This document shows, one piece after another, positions 1 through 11,909 of a stretch of 64,000 nt of DNA. Both the position numbers and the translations under genes were made by a program. The notes beneath the pieces were generated by a model. That model had not been told where the DNA came from. It saw only the letters and a list, made by a program, of their open reading frames with translations, and made no database searches. Origin of the DNA: Lama guanicoe (Eukaryota); contig MU055530.1 of assembly GCA_013239625.1 (NCBI GenBank), positions 280,678 to 344,677 of the forward strand. The letters run 5' to 3'. How positions within the stretch are numbered: position 1 is the stretch's first letter; every line of letters begins with the position of its first letter.

Positions 1-1500
1 CGTTGGAGCATTCACGCTGGCCTGGAGTGGGGAGACAGGTTTCTCGACCTCAGTTCTGCCATGACTGTATCTTTGGGCATGCCACTTAACTTCTGTGGGC
101 TGCAGTTCCCTTCACTCATTCAGCAGATACTTGAGTCTGACTCTGCCAGGCCCTGTTCTCAGGGCTGGGAATGTGGGAATATGAGGGCAAGGTGTCAGCC
201 CTCAAGGAGCTTCCATTCTACTGGGGCAGGCAGATGGTCACCATGTGAATGAGGCAAACCCCTAAGTGCAGACCATGTTAACTGCTGGGAAAGAAACAGC
301 GATGGTGAAACAGTAACTTTAGGTGGGGTGATGATGGTGAATATTTATTAAGTACTGGCAGGATACCCAGCTGTGCTAAATGCTTTTGATATGTTCTTAC
401 TTAATCTTTCTTTTGTGACATAACCTTGGACATGATTCCTAAGGTTCCTTTTGAATTTGAAATCATCTGCTTCTGTGATTCTAAGTTTTTAGCAGATATA
501 TCAAGACAGCCTTGGTTAGGGGACTGATTCACATGGGCCCTTAACAACTAGTGATTCCTAGATGCAGACAGAATATCACATTTCCTACTGCTTGTTTGTG
601 TTTTCCGAGAGAGGACGCAGGAGGCCCGGAGGGATAGGAGAAGGTAGGCAGGGTGATGGACTAGAAACCAGGCCAGGTTTGGGGCCTGAAGGAGAGAGGT
701 GGTAAGAATGCAGGTGGAAGGTCCTGGACTGGGAACCAGAAGCTGGGGAGAGACCACGCCCCTTCTCTGCCATCTGCTAACTGCTTTAGGCCTCATGGTC
801 CATCTCTGTAACAGGAGGAGCGTCCTCCTGAACCTCATGTGTGTGTGCTCTGGGTTTAGCCTCTTGAACTGATCAGTTTATAGAGAGATGTGAGCTGGGA
901 TTGCAGAGATCCAGAGACTCACTTTACATTGTGCCCATTTATAGGGGCTCTGTCCTTTTACCCCTGGAGAATGTGGCACTGTAGTCTTTTCCCATAGCCT
1001 TGCCTGCATTGGCCAGTCAGTGGGGGTGCTTATAGCCCCACAACACAAGATTCTGTTATCTTCTTCTAAAGAGTGTAGATTTGCTCTTAAGGACAGTTAA
1101 CATGGCCAGTTTTACATCCTGCACCTGCCTCTCCTGAGGTGGGCACCTGCCACTTTTGGCTGGACTCCTTGTGTATTTGTGCATTTTGGGGGTCATGTAA
1201 GACCTGGGTGGGGTTTATACATGATTTGGAGGCTCCCTTCCTGCGACACCCTCCTGTCAGGGATTTCTGCCCTCGCTTTCCGGCTCCTCTGGCTGTTCCA
1301 GTCTCTGGTGACCAGGTCCCTGGCGGTCTGAGTGCGCATTTTGGCTTGAGCTCCAGCCAGCGCCTGCGGCAGTTGGGGGATTGTCCTGCCAAACAAAACT
1401 GCACGAACCAGGTCTCACCAGTGCAGTTCCCTTCTTTCAAGGGTTGATTTCTCGCCAGTCTCTGCCTGCTTTTGATCTCTTGCCAGTGCCTTCAAAGTCA

Positions 1501-1750
1501 TTTTTATTATTTCAAGTAATAGACTTTGTTTTTTAGAGCAGTTTTAGGGTGATAGAAAAACTGGGTGGCATGGACCTAGATCCCTATCCCCCCTCAGCGC
1601 CTCTCACAGTTTCCCTCATTACTTGCATCTTGCATTAGTGTGGTGCATTTGTTACAATTGATGAGCCATTATTGATAAATGATTAACATCCATGGTTTGT
1701 ATATATAATCCATAGTTCACTCTTTGTATATTCTGTGCATTTGTTTTTTT
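1501..1750 (-). mobile_element. L1MC-type 3' end
   Basis: ttttagagcagttttaggg..catcttgcattagtgtggtgcatttgttacaattgatgagccattattgata. Confidence 0.8.
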
Positions 1751-2769
1751 ATATCTTCTCCAGAGTTTGTTGGAGACCTAGTCTGATGCTAACAGTTTTT
1801 TCACCATTATTAGAAGCAGAATCATCTGATGCATTTAGTTTTGATTCATACGTAAGTTTTTTCTCAGTCTCTAGAAACACTTGACAGAAACTTTGTAAAT
1901 AAAGGGAGTTCCCTGAGGAAAGGGAGGGCAGAAAGTCTAACAAGTCGGTGGGTGGTGGTGATATTGGTGACTGTGTTAAGCTGTTACATCTTGCTGCTTT
2001 TCGTGTTGTGGTTCATGTACCAGGAAATACTATGGTTCAGTTTATCATTGTCTTCAGAAGTTAATCTCCAGAAAATAGGGTGGAAGCAAGAAAATGAAAG
2101 AAAAACTGTGTGAGGTATTAATGTAGCACCAAGGCTGAGGTTGCTCAGAAACTTACCACAAAATATCTGAAGTCCTTTGGTTAACCTTATTTGTAGTTAA
2201 CTCCTGCTTATCTGGAAGATGAAGCCACAGATAAAACTGACACAGATAATCTCATCTCTTGATTACTCCATACAATTTGCATCGTCCTTCTGTTTTTTTT
2301 TTTTTTTCCCTTCGCTGGTAATGAAAAGGAAGTAGGCCCTTTTTTAACTTCTTTACCCCTTTTCCCCATAAAATCAGTGGCAACTATTCCGAATAGAGGC
2401 CTTGTGATATCTTATAGGAAGGATTCCCAGAAGACTGACACAGGAATTCTATAGGAGTCTTCCAGAATGCTAGGTGATTAAAAATCCACCAACAGAAAGG
2501 TTTGATATCCCATCATCTCTTGGTAAGCCAGGAATTACTTGTGAGCAGGTGGCTTAGGTCCAGTTCACATACGTGGATAAAAGTCAGGTAAGTTTGTAGA
2601 ATTACAGTAGGGTGGGAAGGTTGACTGGAAGAAGCAGGCTGATGCCTGTAATGCCTGAATACTAGGCAGAATCGAGGGCTTGAGCCCTCTTTTTCTTTCC
2701 CTCCTTGGGGTGGAGATTCTCCCATGTGCACTTAGGGGTGAATAATAAGGGTTCATTCTTAGATATGCC

Positions 2770-3545
2770 AGTCAGTCAGGTATGTTTTGAGTATCTCCTG
2801 TGTGCCTGGATCTCTACTAGTCATGGCCAACCAGTATGAATAAAACATGTTTAGTCATGTGTTGATGCTCTAAAGGAGAACTATATGGAGTTATGGGATT
2901 CATCCATACGAGAATCTCACCTTCCCTAGGAACCAGAAGAGGTAGAGATCTACGGGATTGTGGGTATTGGAGGACTAGGGGGATGGGGGTGGAAGAAGAA
3001 CATCCTGTGCACAGGGACTAGCATGTGAGAAGATACGATGTATTTGAGTACCTTCCGAATAATGGAGAGGCCGGTGGTATGAGATGAAGCTGGACAACGG
3101 GGGCTGTGTGGGCCAGGCTGAGGGTTTTGATTGTCATCTTTTAGAGCAGTTGGAAGCAAGCATGGGAGGTTCTTGAGCCTGGGAGTAACACAGCCTGATT
3201 TGCATTTGAAAGAGATCACTGATAGCCTCATGTAGAATGGTTTGGAGTTGGGCCATGGGGACAAGAGAGAAACCAATGAGAAGGACTTCATGTAGATTAA
3301 GTGAGAGAGAAAGGTTTTCTGGGATCAGGTAGTGGAAGTTGATGGAGAGGTGGAGGAGAGAGAATTGAAAGGTCCTGGTTGCTGATTAGCTGTGATGGAT
3401 AAAGGAGAAGCACATTCAAGGATGACTCGCAGGTTTCAGGCTTGAATAACTGTTGGACAGAGTTGTAAATCAAGGTGAGGAAGGTTAGGGGAGGAGCATG
3501 ACCGGAGGGGTGGAGGGGAAGAAAGCACGAGTTTCTATTTTGGAA
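2770..3545 (-). mobile_element. L2 LINE
   Basis: 3' end cagtcagtcaggtatgttttgagtatctcctgtgtgcctgg; body cctgatttgcatttgaaagagatcactg..aaggatgactcgcaggtttcaggcttgaataactg..gagtttctattttgga. Confidence 0.8.
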
Positions 3546-4294
3546 ATGATTCCTCCAGTTCCCAGGCATTGCGTTGACCTGCCTCTGTTGTCCAGAGCCC
3601 AGTGCCCTGCAGGAGAGGCAGCTAAAGGGGATGCCGTTTCTGAGTAATGACCTGTCATCGTGCATCAGCCTTTGACTGAAGGCAGGGAATTAGTTCCGCC
3701 TGATTCCTGTGGGAGGTGACAGAAGCCTGGATGTCGGAAGGTTGTTAAGTCAGCAGACGAGTGAGGTTCAGACCTGGGAGCCAACTTCCCAGTCTCAAGC
3801 GGTAGGTGCCAGCCTAGATTCAGTTTACCAGGGAAATGAGCAGTTTGACCCTCGAGGTTGAGTGGTTACAAGGACCCCTTTCCCAGGTGGGTCTTGTCTC
3901 AGACTGTGTCTTATTTTGCCCAGAACGGAGCCTCAGGGTAGACTGAAGTTAGCTGTGGAGGGGGTAGTGGCCAGGTATTGAGGTGCTCTTTGCGTTGTGG
4001 GGTTATACATGTACGCAGCAGCAGCAGTCACTCATCGTACCCTCTGATTTTGCCCTGAGGACTGGATTTTCTGATCCTTCTGCTTCCCTGGAATTGGCTC
4101 TGCTTTTTTGATTCATGAGTAGTGTGGATATTTAGCTTTTGACTAGGAGATTTGGACCTGAACCCTGCTTTGTTTTCTTTTCATTTCCTTGAATGACTGT
4201 AAGGTGCAGCTATGGTAGAGATGGGTTATCTGCTCCAGACTCATTCTCAGAAAGGCAGATTTGTGATTTTCTTCACATGATTGGGAGGGAAGAT

Positions 4295-4458
4295 GAGTGT
4301 GTGGTGTGAATGAGTGGGATGTGTTAGTGTGGGATGGCTGTGTGCATGCTTGGTGTGTGGGGGGTGACTCGTGTGTGCGGGTGGCACGTGAGGTGTGTGA
4401 GCATGTGTGCACTGTGTGTGTGTGTGTGTGAAGGTGTGTAATGTATGCGTGCACATGT
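4295..4458 (+). repeat. Degenerate (TG)n-rich simple repeat
   Basis: ~160 bp of alternating TG/CA-rich sequence including an uninterrupted TG run at ~4413-4430. Confidence 0.9.
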
Positions 4459-5609
4459 ACCAGCTTGGCTGATGGCTGGAGGAGGCACTAGCAGGGTGAA
4501 GATGTTGGGTGTCCTCTTGTGAATGCCTTTGCATGCAGAATGCTGCTCCCTTGTTAGGAAATCTTGCCCACAGCTAGAAAGCTGCCTCCTCTCTGTGTTG
4601 CCTCCATCCCCTGGACCCTGGCTGCTTTGGGATTCTCAATCCAGCTGCACCTCTTCCTGAGGAAGGAGAGTTGGGCTGGGTGGAGGTCTCAGGGTGGGGA
4701 TGGGCCCAGTTGGGCACTTGCGTTCAGGCCCAGTTGTGGCTCTCACTGGGTATCAGGCCCTTCCTCGGGGTGCAGGGATCAGTGTGGGAGGACCGTGCTG
4801 TCCTCCAGGTTCATCTATAACGGGTGACCTTGCTCGATCTTGAGGTCCCAGCTCTCATCTGATGGCCAAGGGAACACAAGCCCTGAAGGCCTGAGTGCCA
4901 AGTTAATCCCTACTGCTCACAGTTCAAGGCAAGAGCCATCAGGCGTGCAGCGTCCTGGAGAGGAAGCGTGGAAACTGCCCCTGGCTGTGGGTGGTGCTTT
5001 GAAGTTGGGCAGTCACAAACCTGGCCTCACGTCATTCCTGCCTATGTGGGTCACTGACATGCTGACAAACTGTGGGGCCCCAGCAGAGCTCAGAGGGGAG
5101 AAACACCAACCATGGTTAAATCGGAGGGGTGTTTACCTGCTGTGGTGATGCTGTCTGTTTAGGGCCCAGTCTACAGTGTGCACCCTGCTTACCACAAGCT
5201 GCTCTTCGGTGTATTAGCACAAACTGTGGATCCGTACTGGGGGAAGTCCTTTTGCAGTATTTAGTCTTTGAAACCCTCCTCGCTGGGGCCAGCCTTACCG
5301 CCCAGTTTTAGGAAGAACCTTCTATTCCTACAACCACAGGAAGTGCGTTTCCTGCAGAGACGACTGCCCTGCTCTTACCTTCTATTAACTCGACCTTTGC
5401 TTGGTTGGATAGACGCTTAAATTATCCTGGGGCGGTTGATTTCTAGGATGTCCCCTGGGCTATTTTATATAGTTTGTGTGTAGAAAGGAAGGGCACATGC
5501 CAGTGGGTCAGTGTGGACTGGAGTGGTGTCTTTGAAGGCATATCACATGCTTCGTAAATCTTGGGTTGTCATCCTCTTTTCTTGTTTTATTCTGCTAAGT
5601 AATGATACC

Positions 5610-6065
5610 TGTAATTACCTGTACTTTTGATTCAACAATCCCACTTGTAGGAATACAGCCTAAAGGGCTACTTGGATGAGCTCAAAGGTGTGCAGATAAG
5701 GAGGTTTGTGAAAGCAATTTTGTAACAGTGCCCTAGGGTAAGTAGCCATCAGTAGGGGAGCCGTTGCATGTAATGTGACAGACCTATATGCATTGGTGGA
5801 GAAAGATAACCAAGTTTTATTTAAAGTCAGAAAAATCAAGTTGCAGAACGGTATGAATAGTAGGAACCTTTTTATATAAAACGGATTCCTCTGTATGTCT
5901 ATGAATATATGTGTCTGTCAATACAGAAAAAGATGTACATCAAACTGTTGACAGTGGGGGGACTTTATTCTTTTGCTTTGCATGTTTCTGCATTATTTGA
6001 AAGGGTACAGCAATAAATTATTCATATATTAAACAACCTGCATGTCGTTTGGTTTTAAAAAATAA
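5610..6065 (+). mobile_element. L1ME-type 3' region, decayed
   Basis: cttttgattcaacaatcccacttgtaggaatacagcctaaag..aaaaatcaagttgcagaacggtatgaatagtagg..catcaaactgttgacagtgg. Confidence 0.65.
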
Positions 6066-6259
6066 AAGGTCTAATCAGGTTAAACTTCTGACTAGAAAAC
6101 TAGTCCATTCCTTTTCTCCATTTAGGAACTTACCCAAGTGTCTGAGATCTCTGTGACATCCAGGGCTAATTCAATGAAGTTCTATCAATAAAGAGTATAT
6201 ATTCTTCTTTTTTATTCTTTTGGAATGTTTCAATATGTGCAGAGCACATTTGTGTAAGA

Positions 6260-6400
6260 GATTTGTACCTTATCTCGTTTGATCTTTGCTGAAATCCCAT
6301 TTTACAGATGAGGAAATTGAGACAAAGGCTAAGTGGCTTGTCACAAAGAGAGGGGTGGGAGATTCTTCACACCCAAGTTTTTCTGATTCAGAAGCGCTCC
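6260..6400 (-). mobile_element. MIR SINE
   Basis: Core cccattttacagatgaggaaattgagacaaaggctaagtggcttgtc. Confidence 0.75.
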
Positions 6401-6519
6401 TGTTTAAACACAGTGCTTGCTGTGTCTCTGATTAAGAATGAGGCGAAAAGGGAAGCGATTTCTTGTTTAGTTGCTTTTTATGAAGTTAGAAATAGTCTCA
6501 AAACAAGACACCCTTTTTG

Positions 6520-6592
6520 CTCTTGATTTCTTCACCTGTAAAATGAACTGCATGACCTCCGAGGGTCCTTCCAGCCCTAGCATTCTGTGACT
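6520..6592 (+). mobile_element. MIR3 fragment just upstream of the exon 2 acceptor
   Basis: tttcttcacctgtaaaatg..gacctccgagggtccttccagccctagcattctgtgact. Confidence 0.7.
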
Positions 6593-6643
6593 GGGGACGC
6601 TTGCCATCCCTCTTCTCAATGAATGTTTGCTTCTTCCCCACAG

Positions 6644-6715
6644 TACGTAGGAAGCCTGGATGTGCCGAGGCCCAACAGCAGAGTGGAGATTGTGGCTGCC
6701 ATGCGCCGGATCCGG
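6644..6715 (+). CDS. NOS1AP: NOS1AP (CAPON) internal coding exon 2, 72 nt, phase 0/0, N-terminal part of the PTB domain
   Basis: Translates to [24 protein letters not shown], matching the recalled mammalian NOS1AP sequence (...FEAK|[24 protein letters not shown]|YEFKAK...). Flanked by a polypyrimidine acceptor tttgcttcttccccacAG (ends 6643) and a consensus donor CGG|GTGAGT (6716-6721). Confidence 0.96.
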
Positions 6716-8286
6716 GTGAGTGGCCGGAGGTGGGGCTCTGTGGAGCGGGAACTCAAGCGTCCTGTCTGCTGGCCCTTTTAGAAAGTACTGGAGGTGCCAG
6801 ATTGGATGGCTGCACCCTTTGTAAACGTTGGACCCCGTCTCCTTACACTGGCCACGGACACTGTTGTGAGTTAGGTAGTTGATCTTGACTAAAGGCCAAG
6901 CTTAGAATGGCTGTGGTGGCTGGAGGGTTATGTCCCTCCCTCCCTTGTGACTGCTGCTTCTCCAGCTGAGTTGCGTGTTACCCTTGAGGATGTGTGGGGT
7001 CTGCCAGGGAGTCAGAGGGAATGGTGAAGTATCTTTTTGATTCAAAGATTTTAGGGAAAATGTTTAGTGATTAACTGATAATTGGCTCAAAACATTTAAA
7101 AAGTAAAGCATTTTTGTGGTACATAAAGATTTACTTAAATTTTTAAGAAATGTAGGATTTCAACAAAATTTCCTTGGTTGCTCTAGGCTCTGGACACGTG
7201 TGCATTCTCTTTTGATGTTTTGGATACTCTTAGAAGACTTAGGTCAACATTCCAACCTGTTGCTTTCTGACTCTGTGATACACAGAGAAGAGACTGAATA
7301 AAAATTAGGTTATCTTCCAATCACTGTGAAGGAGTTTGCCCATGTGCTCTGCCATGAAATGAGAAATTAGATGTGTGCAATTTTGAAGGTGGGGTTGGGA
7401 TTGGTCAAATGAATTGTAAGGACTTTTGGAGAGAACCAGTGTTGGAGGTGGCTGACTTGGCTGTCCTGCATGTAGCCTGAATTGGGCTCTGTGTCTTCTG
7501 GAAGAATCTGCTCACCTCAGTGGAAAACACATAGCGGGTGTTGGGTGCTTCATTTTGTTTTTTGCCAATTTTGCTTTCAGTCAATTCATCTGATCAACAG
7601 AAACTGCAGTTCAATGACAGCAATTTTGGGAAGAAAATTAGTATTTTGCTTCTGATTCCCCAAGCAGTTCATCAGCCTAATAATCTTTTCACTGCTTTCA
7701 CCAGCCCGGTCTTTCTGCATTTTTTATTGTTAAGTTGAATTTGTTGAAACTACCATTAAATGCAGTGCTGTTTTCCATGAACATAGAAATGAATCACTTC
7801 AAAGCACTGTCACTTGGGTTCATTTAATGTTCACAAGCTGTGAAATAGGGGTCATGTTACTCTCATTTTCTGGATTAAGCTGAGGCCGAGAGAGTCACAG
7901 GGGTCTAGAAGTGGCGGGCATGTGGCCTGAATGCGCGTCTCCACTTGGTCTCATGAGAACTTGCGAAATGCATCGCCCCTTTGGCTTCAGGCCTGCCCTT
8001 CGGTGTTCCCACGCCTCTTCTCTTCCTTCCCCTGCCTGCTCAGGTAGAAGGCACTGAGGCTGCAGCGGGGCACATCTGGGGTGTTGCCCTTGTGAGGATG
8101 GGTTACAGTTCTCACCACCGATGCCACCATTGCCACTGTGATAAGAACTGGACCTGGAGCTGGCCTGGCTTTAGGGTTTCAAGCAAAAGAAATTTCCTCT
8201 TTTCTTCATATTTGACGGAGAGGCAGGGAATATGTTATTGCTAATATCACTGTTAATAATATCTCTATTAATACTAGTAGCCATTT

Positions 8287-8356
8287 TGACTGGGACATTG
8301 TGTTGTACACCAGAGATTGAGACATTGTAATTGACTGTACTTCAATTAAAAAAAAA
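8287..8356 (+). mobile_element. Extremely 5'-truncated young L1 3' tip (camelid-type) with A9 tail
   Basis: tgactgggacattgtgttgtacaccagagattgagacattgtaattgactgtacttcaatt followed by A9 resembles the cetartiodactyl/camelid L1 3' terminus. Confidence 0.75.
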
Positions 8357-8368
8357 GTACTGAAGTGG

Positions 8369-8445
8369 AACAGAGTTAAAGGAATGGTACTGCCTGACTT
8401 CAAGACATACTATGAAACTACAGTAATCAAAACCTAGCGTTACTG
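8369..8445 (+). mobile_element. Old L1 ORF2 fragment (inside the putative transduced segment)
   Basis: Translates NRVKGMVLPDFKTYYETTVIKT*, compared with the L1 ORF2 motif [26 protein letters not shown]. Confidence 0.8.
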
Positions 8446-8559
8446 AGGGAATAATAGATTTTATGTGTATTTGTTCTGACACTATATTTCTGCATATATA
8501 TTTTAAAGTTACATCGTAATAATTTTAATTATTATTCTTACAAAAATACTAGTAGCTAT

Positions 8560-8775
8560 CAGTAACAGTAGTTACTATTTAGTACTTTGTGTTCGGTGCT
8601 TTATTAGGCCTTTTAATATTGAAATGTTGCTATTTGCAACTACTCTGGATGAGGTGAGGGTATCATTGTTACATTTTGTAGATGAGGAAACAGAAACCGG
8701 GGGCATTAGATAATCCTAGATGAAACGGTGTTGGTAGTTGGAGCTGGAATTCACACCCAGGACTGCATGGCTCCT
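8560..8775 (-). mobile_element. MIR SINE
   Basis: cattttgtagatgaggaaacagaa..gtagttggagctggaattcacacccagg. Confidence 0.7.
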
Positions 8776-9857
8776 TGATGGGGTGGTGACCTCAGCTTGA
8801 GAACCCAAGGGTCAGGATGTGGAGCTTCCCCAGCGAGGGTGTCAGTGGCAGAAATAAACTTTGTAGACGGAACAGAGGTACGGGAAACTATTGATGCGAA
8901 GCAACAGAGGGTAGGTCGGGTGGTGGGGCTGGCTGCACATGGTTCCTGGAGGCCTTTGGGGCTGGTGTGTGGGTATCCCTTCCCCTCCCCAGTCTGCTTT
9001 TCCATCATCACCTGTCAGCCCAACTGGCCATGTGCCAGCAGCTCCCTTCCCTATGACCTGCTTCCAGTGCTTAATGAGCAGCTCATTAAATGAGAGGGAG
9101 AAATTAATTGGCCAGAAAGCTGTTTGGTCTGGCTGTCCAGTCCCCTGTTTAGTCTGGCCACAATAAGGACTCTGGGTGTGTGTTTTACTCTGAACCCCCC
9201 AATTCACTGCTAGATCCAGTCTGCTGTTTTCTTTTCTTCTCTCTCTTTCAAAAGCTGTTTTGGCTGTAATTACAGTTGTCAAGAACTAGGGCATGTGATT
9301 TCTGTGTAAAGGACTAGTCCTGACTTCGTCCTTTTATGTTGAAAGATGCCAGACTAACGCTGGGCAGGACACTGTGGGGTTTGGTTGCTGGATGTTCTTG
9401 TGGATTCACAAGATGCAGCCCTCAGCTTGAGCCAGAGCAGTGGCTCGTCCTCAGAAAGAAGCAGTCACAGTAAGGACCATGGTGCCTTACACCTGTGAAG
9501 TGCATCGTGCCTCACCAGGCCCTTTAGATGCGTCTCCCCCATCCTCTCCGGAGCTCTGCACAGGGGAGTGGATAGAGTAGTGCAGACCGTGTTCATTTCT
9601 CAGGGCAGGAAGCACTCCGAGTGAAAGGATTGGCGTGAGGGTGGCCAGATTGATCTTCTGAGTTGGGGCTCAGCAGGTGTGTGGTTTGCTGTTCTGCCCC
9701 GATACTGCGCTGCAGTGTTGACTCTGAGCTGAATATGTGGGCTGTTGATCTGCCTGGTGGCTTTCCTCTTCCCTCTCCCTGTTTCTCATTTATTCTCTTG
9801 CCATGTAGATTTTCTTTTACATTTAAAAAAAAATCTTCTCAAATGTGCTTTCAAAGT

Positions 9858-10490
9858 TTTTTTTTTTAATGGTGGTTAAAATCATGTAATATTTAACCAT
9901 TTTTAAGTGTGTAGTTCAGCAGTGTTAAATACATTCACACTGTTGTGTAACAGATCACTCTTAAACTTCATCTTGCTAAACTGAAACTCTGTACCCATTA
10001 AACATGAATTCTCTCTCCCCCTTCCCCCCAGTCCTTGGCAGCCACCTTTACATTTTCTGTCTCTATGGTTTTAACTGCTCAGATACCTCATATGTGTGGA
10101 CTCATACCGTATTTGCCAATTTGTGATGCTTGTTTCACGTAGCATATTGTCCGCCAGGCTCATCCACACTGTAGCATGTGATCAGATTTCCTTCCTGTTT
10201 AAGGCTGCATAGTATTCAGCTGAAGGTATATAACACATTTTCTTTATCCATTTCTCTGTTGGACACTTGGGTTTCTTCTACCTTTTAGCTTTTGTGAATA
10301 ATGCTGCAATGAACATGGATATGCAGGTATCCATTTGATATCCCATTTTGAATTCCTATGGATGTATACCTAGAAGTGGGAATGCTGGATTCTATGGTAA
10401 TTTTTTTTCTAAATTTTTTGAGGGACCTCCATACTGTTTTCCATAATGCTTGCACCATTCTGTATTCCCCTAACAGTATATAAGGGTTTC
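9858..10490 (-). mobile_element. L1MB-type 3' end
   Basis: Poly-T, then taaccatttttaagtgtgtagttcag..ctgaaactctgtacccattaaac..gaataatgctgcaatgaacatgg..cctagaagtgggaatgctggattctatggtaatt. Confidence 0.9.
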
Positions 10491-11464
10491 AAGATTTTTT
10501 TTTTCTTAGTAACATGTACCTTCCTGGGTGCTGGCCCTTTAAATAGATAGTTTTTCTTTTTCTGGTAAGGATCTGTTGGGGTGGGAACCACTAAGCCCTT
10601 GGAGTGTTGCTGGGTGGTCTCAGGAAGCAGGATGTGCATTCACTCTGGATTGCCAGGTTGCTTATTGTCACAGGGGCCTTCTAGTCAGGGCGTAGGAGAT
10701 CCCTGGGAAGTCTGTGGGGGACTCACTGAAGGCTGGGGTCAGTGATAGCAGCCAGGTGACCCCTGAGGTGAGGATACCGTGGCTCAGGGAGGTCTTGCAG
10801 TTCCTGGAGGGCAGGGACCACAACACATCATACTGCTTTTGAACCCCAGCTGCCTACCCTGGTTCCTGACTATTAGTACACACTCACAGGTTTATCTTGA
10901 ATGAAAGAACGACTTAAATGTTTTCCCCAATATAATGTACTGGCATAAACTCAGTCTATTATGTACTTCAGACATACAGAATCATAGCATATTATTCATT
11001 GTTTGAAGTGACTGTAACTGCAGTTGATCAGTTTGTCCACCGGATTTTACAGAGGCCCAAAGTCGTACAGGAGGAAGACTCAGATCTTCCGACGCCCAGC
11101 CCAGAGTGCTTTCCACTGCTGCAACGTAAGGCTGCTGGAAATTCACTGCATGTTTTTTTGCTTCCTTGTTTTCTTTGGATAGCTTCTAGGAGTTTCCATT
11201 GATTAATTTGGGAGTTGGGGTGGATTTTGGGGAGCGCTGACTATCAGACAGAGTTGGAATAAATGGCAGTCATGGTAGCAGTAGTTTTTGGATCTGCCCC
11301 ACTGCTTTTTTTTTTTCTTTTCTTCCTGTTGTCATTTTCTTTTTCAGGATCTGCCACTTTCCCCAAGGTTGGCAGAGATATCTTTAAACTGGTCCCCTTG
11401 ACCCAAAAAGACCCTGATCCGTTCCCTTGTTTGTCATAAGAAGTCTTCAGTTTCTTTTATTTTC

Positions 11465-11909
11465 TGTATTAGTTTTACTGTTGCTACTGAAACAAGTGAC
11501 CACACATGTACTGGTTTAAAACAATACATGTTTATTGTCTTACAGTTCTAGAGGTCAGAAGTTTTAAATGAGTCTTATGGGGCTAAAATAAAAAATGGGT
11601 CAGCAGAGGCTCTCAGGGAGCATCTGTTCTTTGCCTTTTCCAGCTTCGGAGGCTGCCTGCCTTCCTGGGCTTGTGGCCTCATCACTCTGAACTCTGCTTC
11701 TATCATCACAATCCCTTCTTTGACTCTGACCCTCTTGCTTTCCTCTTATAAGGACTATTGTGATCACTGGGCCCATCTGGATAATCCAGGATAATCTTCC
11801 CATCTTAATCATGTCTTCAAGGTTGTTTTGCCGTGTAAGGTAGCACAGACACAGGTTCCAGGGATTGGGACGAGGACACCTTTGGAGGCCCATCACTCCA
11901 CCTACCACG
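11465..11909 (-). mobile_element. MaLR LTR, MLT1C/D-type
   Basis: tgtattagtttt..ttacagttctagaggtcagaag..ggctaaaat..cttataaggactattgtgatcactgggcccatctggataatccaggataatcttcccatc..ctaccac. Confidence 0.85.

Larger units (their letters stand above)
1..6643 (+). other. NOS1AP: NOS1AP intron 1 (3' part)
   Basis: Upstream of the exon 2 acceptor. Exon 1 (MPSKTKYNLV...) is not seen and there is no CpG island in the window. Confidence 0.85.

Noticed and set aside
4143-4534. His/Thr-rich minus-strand ORFs
   Set aside because: Translation of the (TG)n simple repeat.
6601-6882. 93-aa ORF overlapping the exon
   Set aside because: Wrong frame; the real coding frame is the 72-nt spliced exon 6644-6715.
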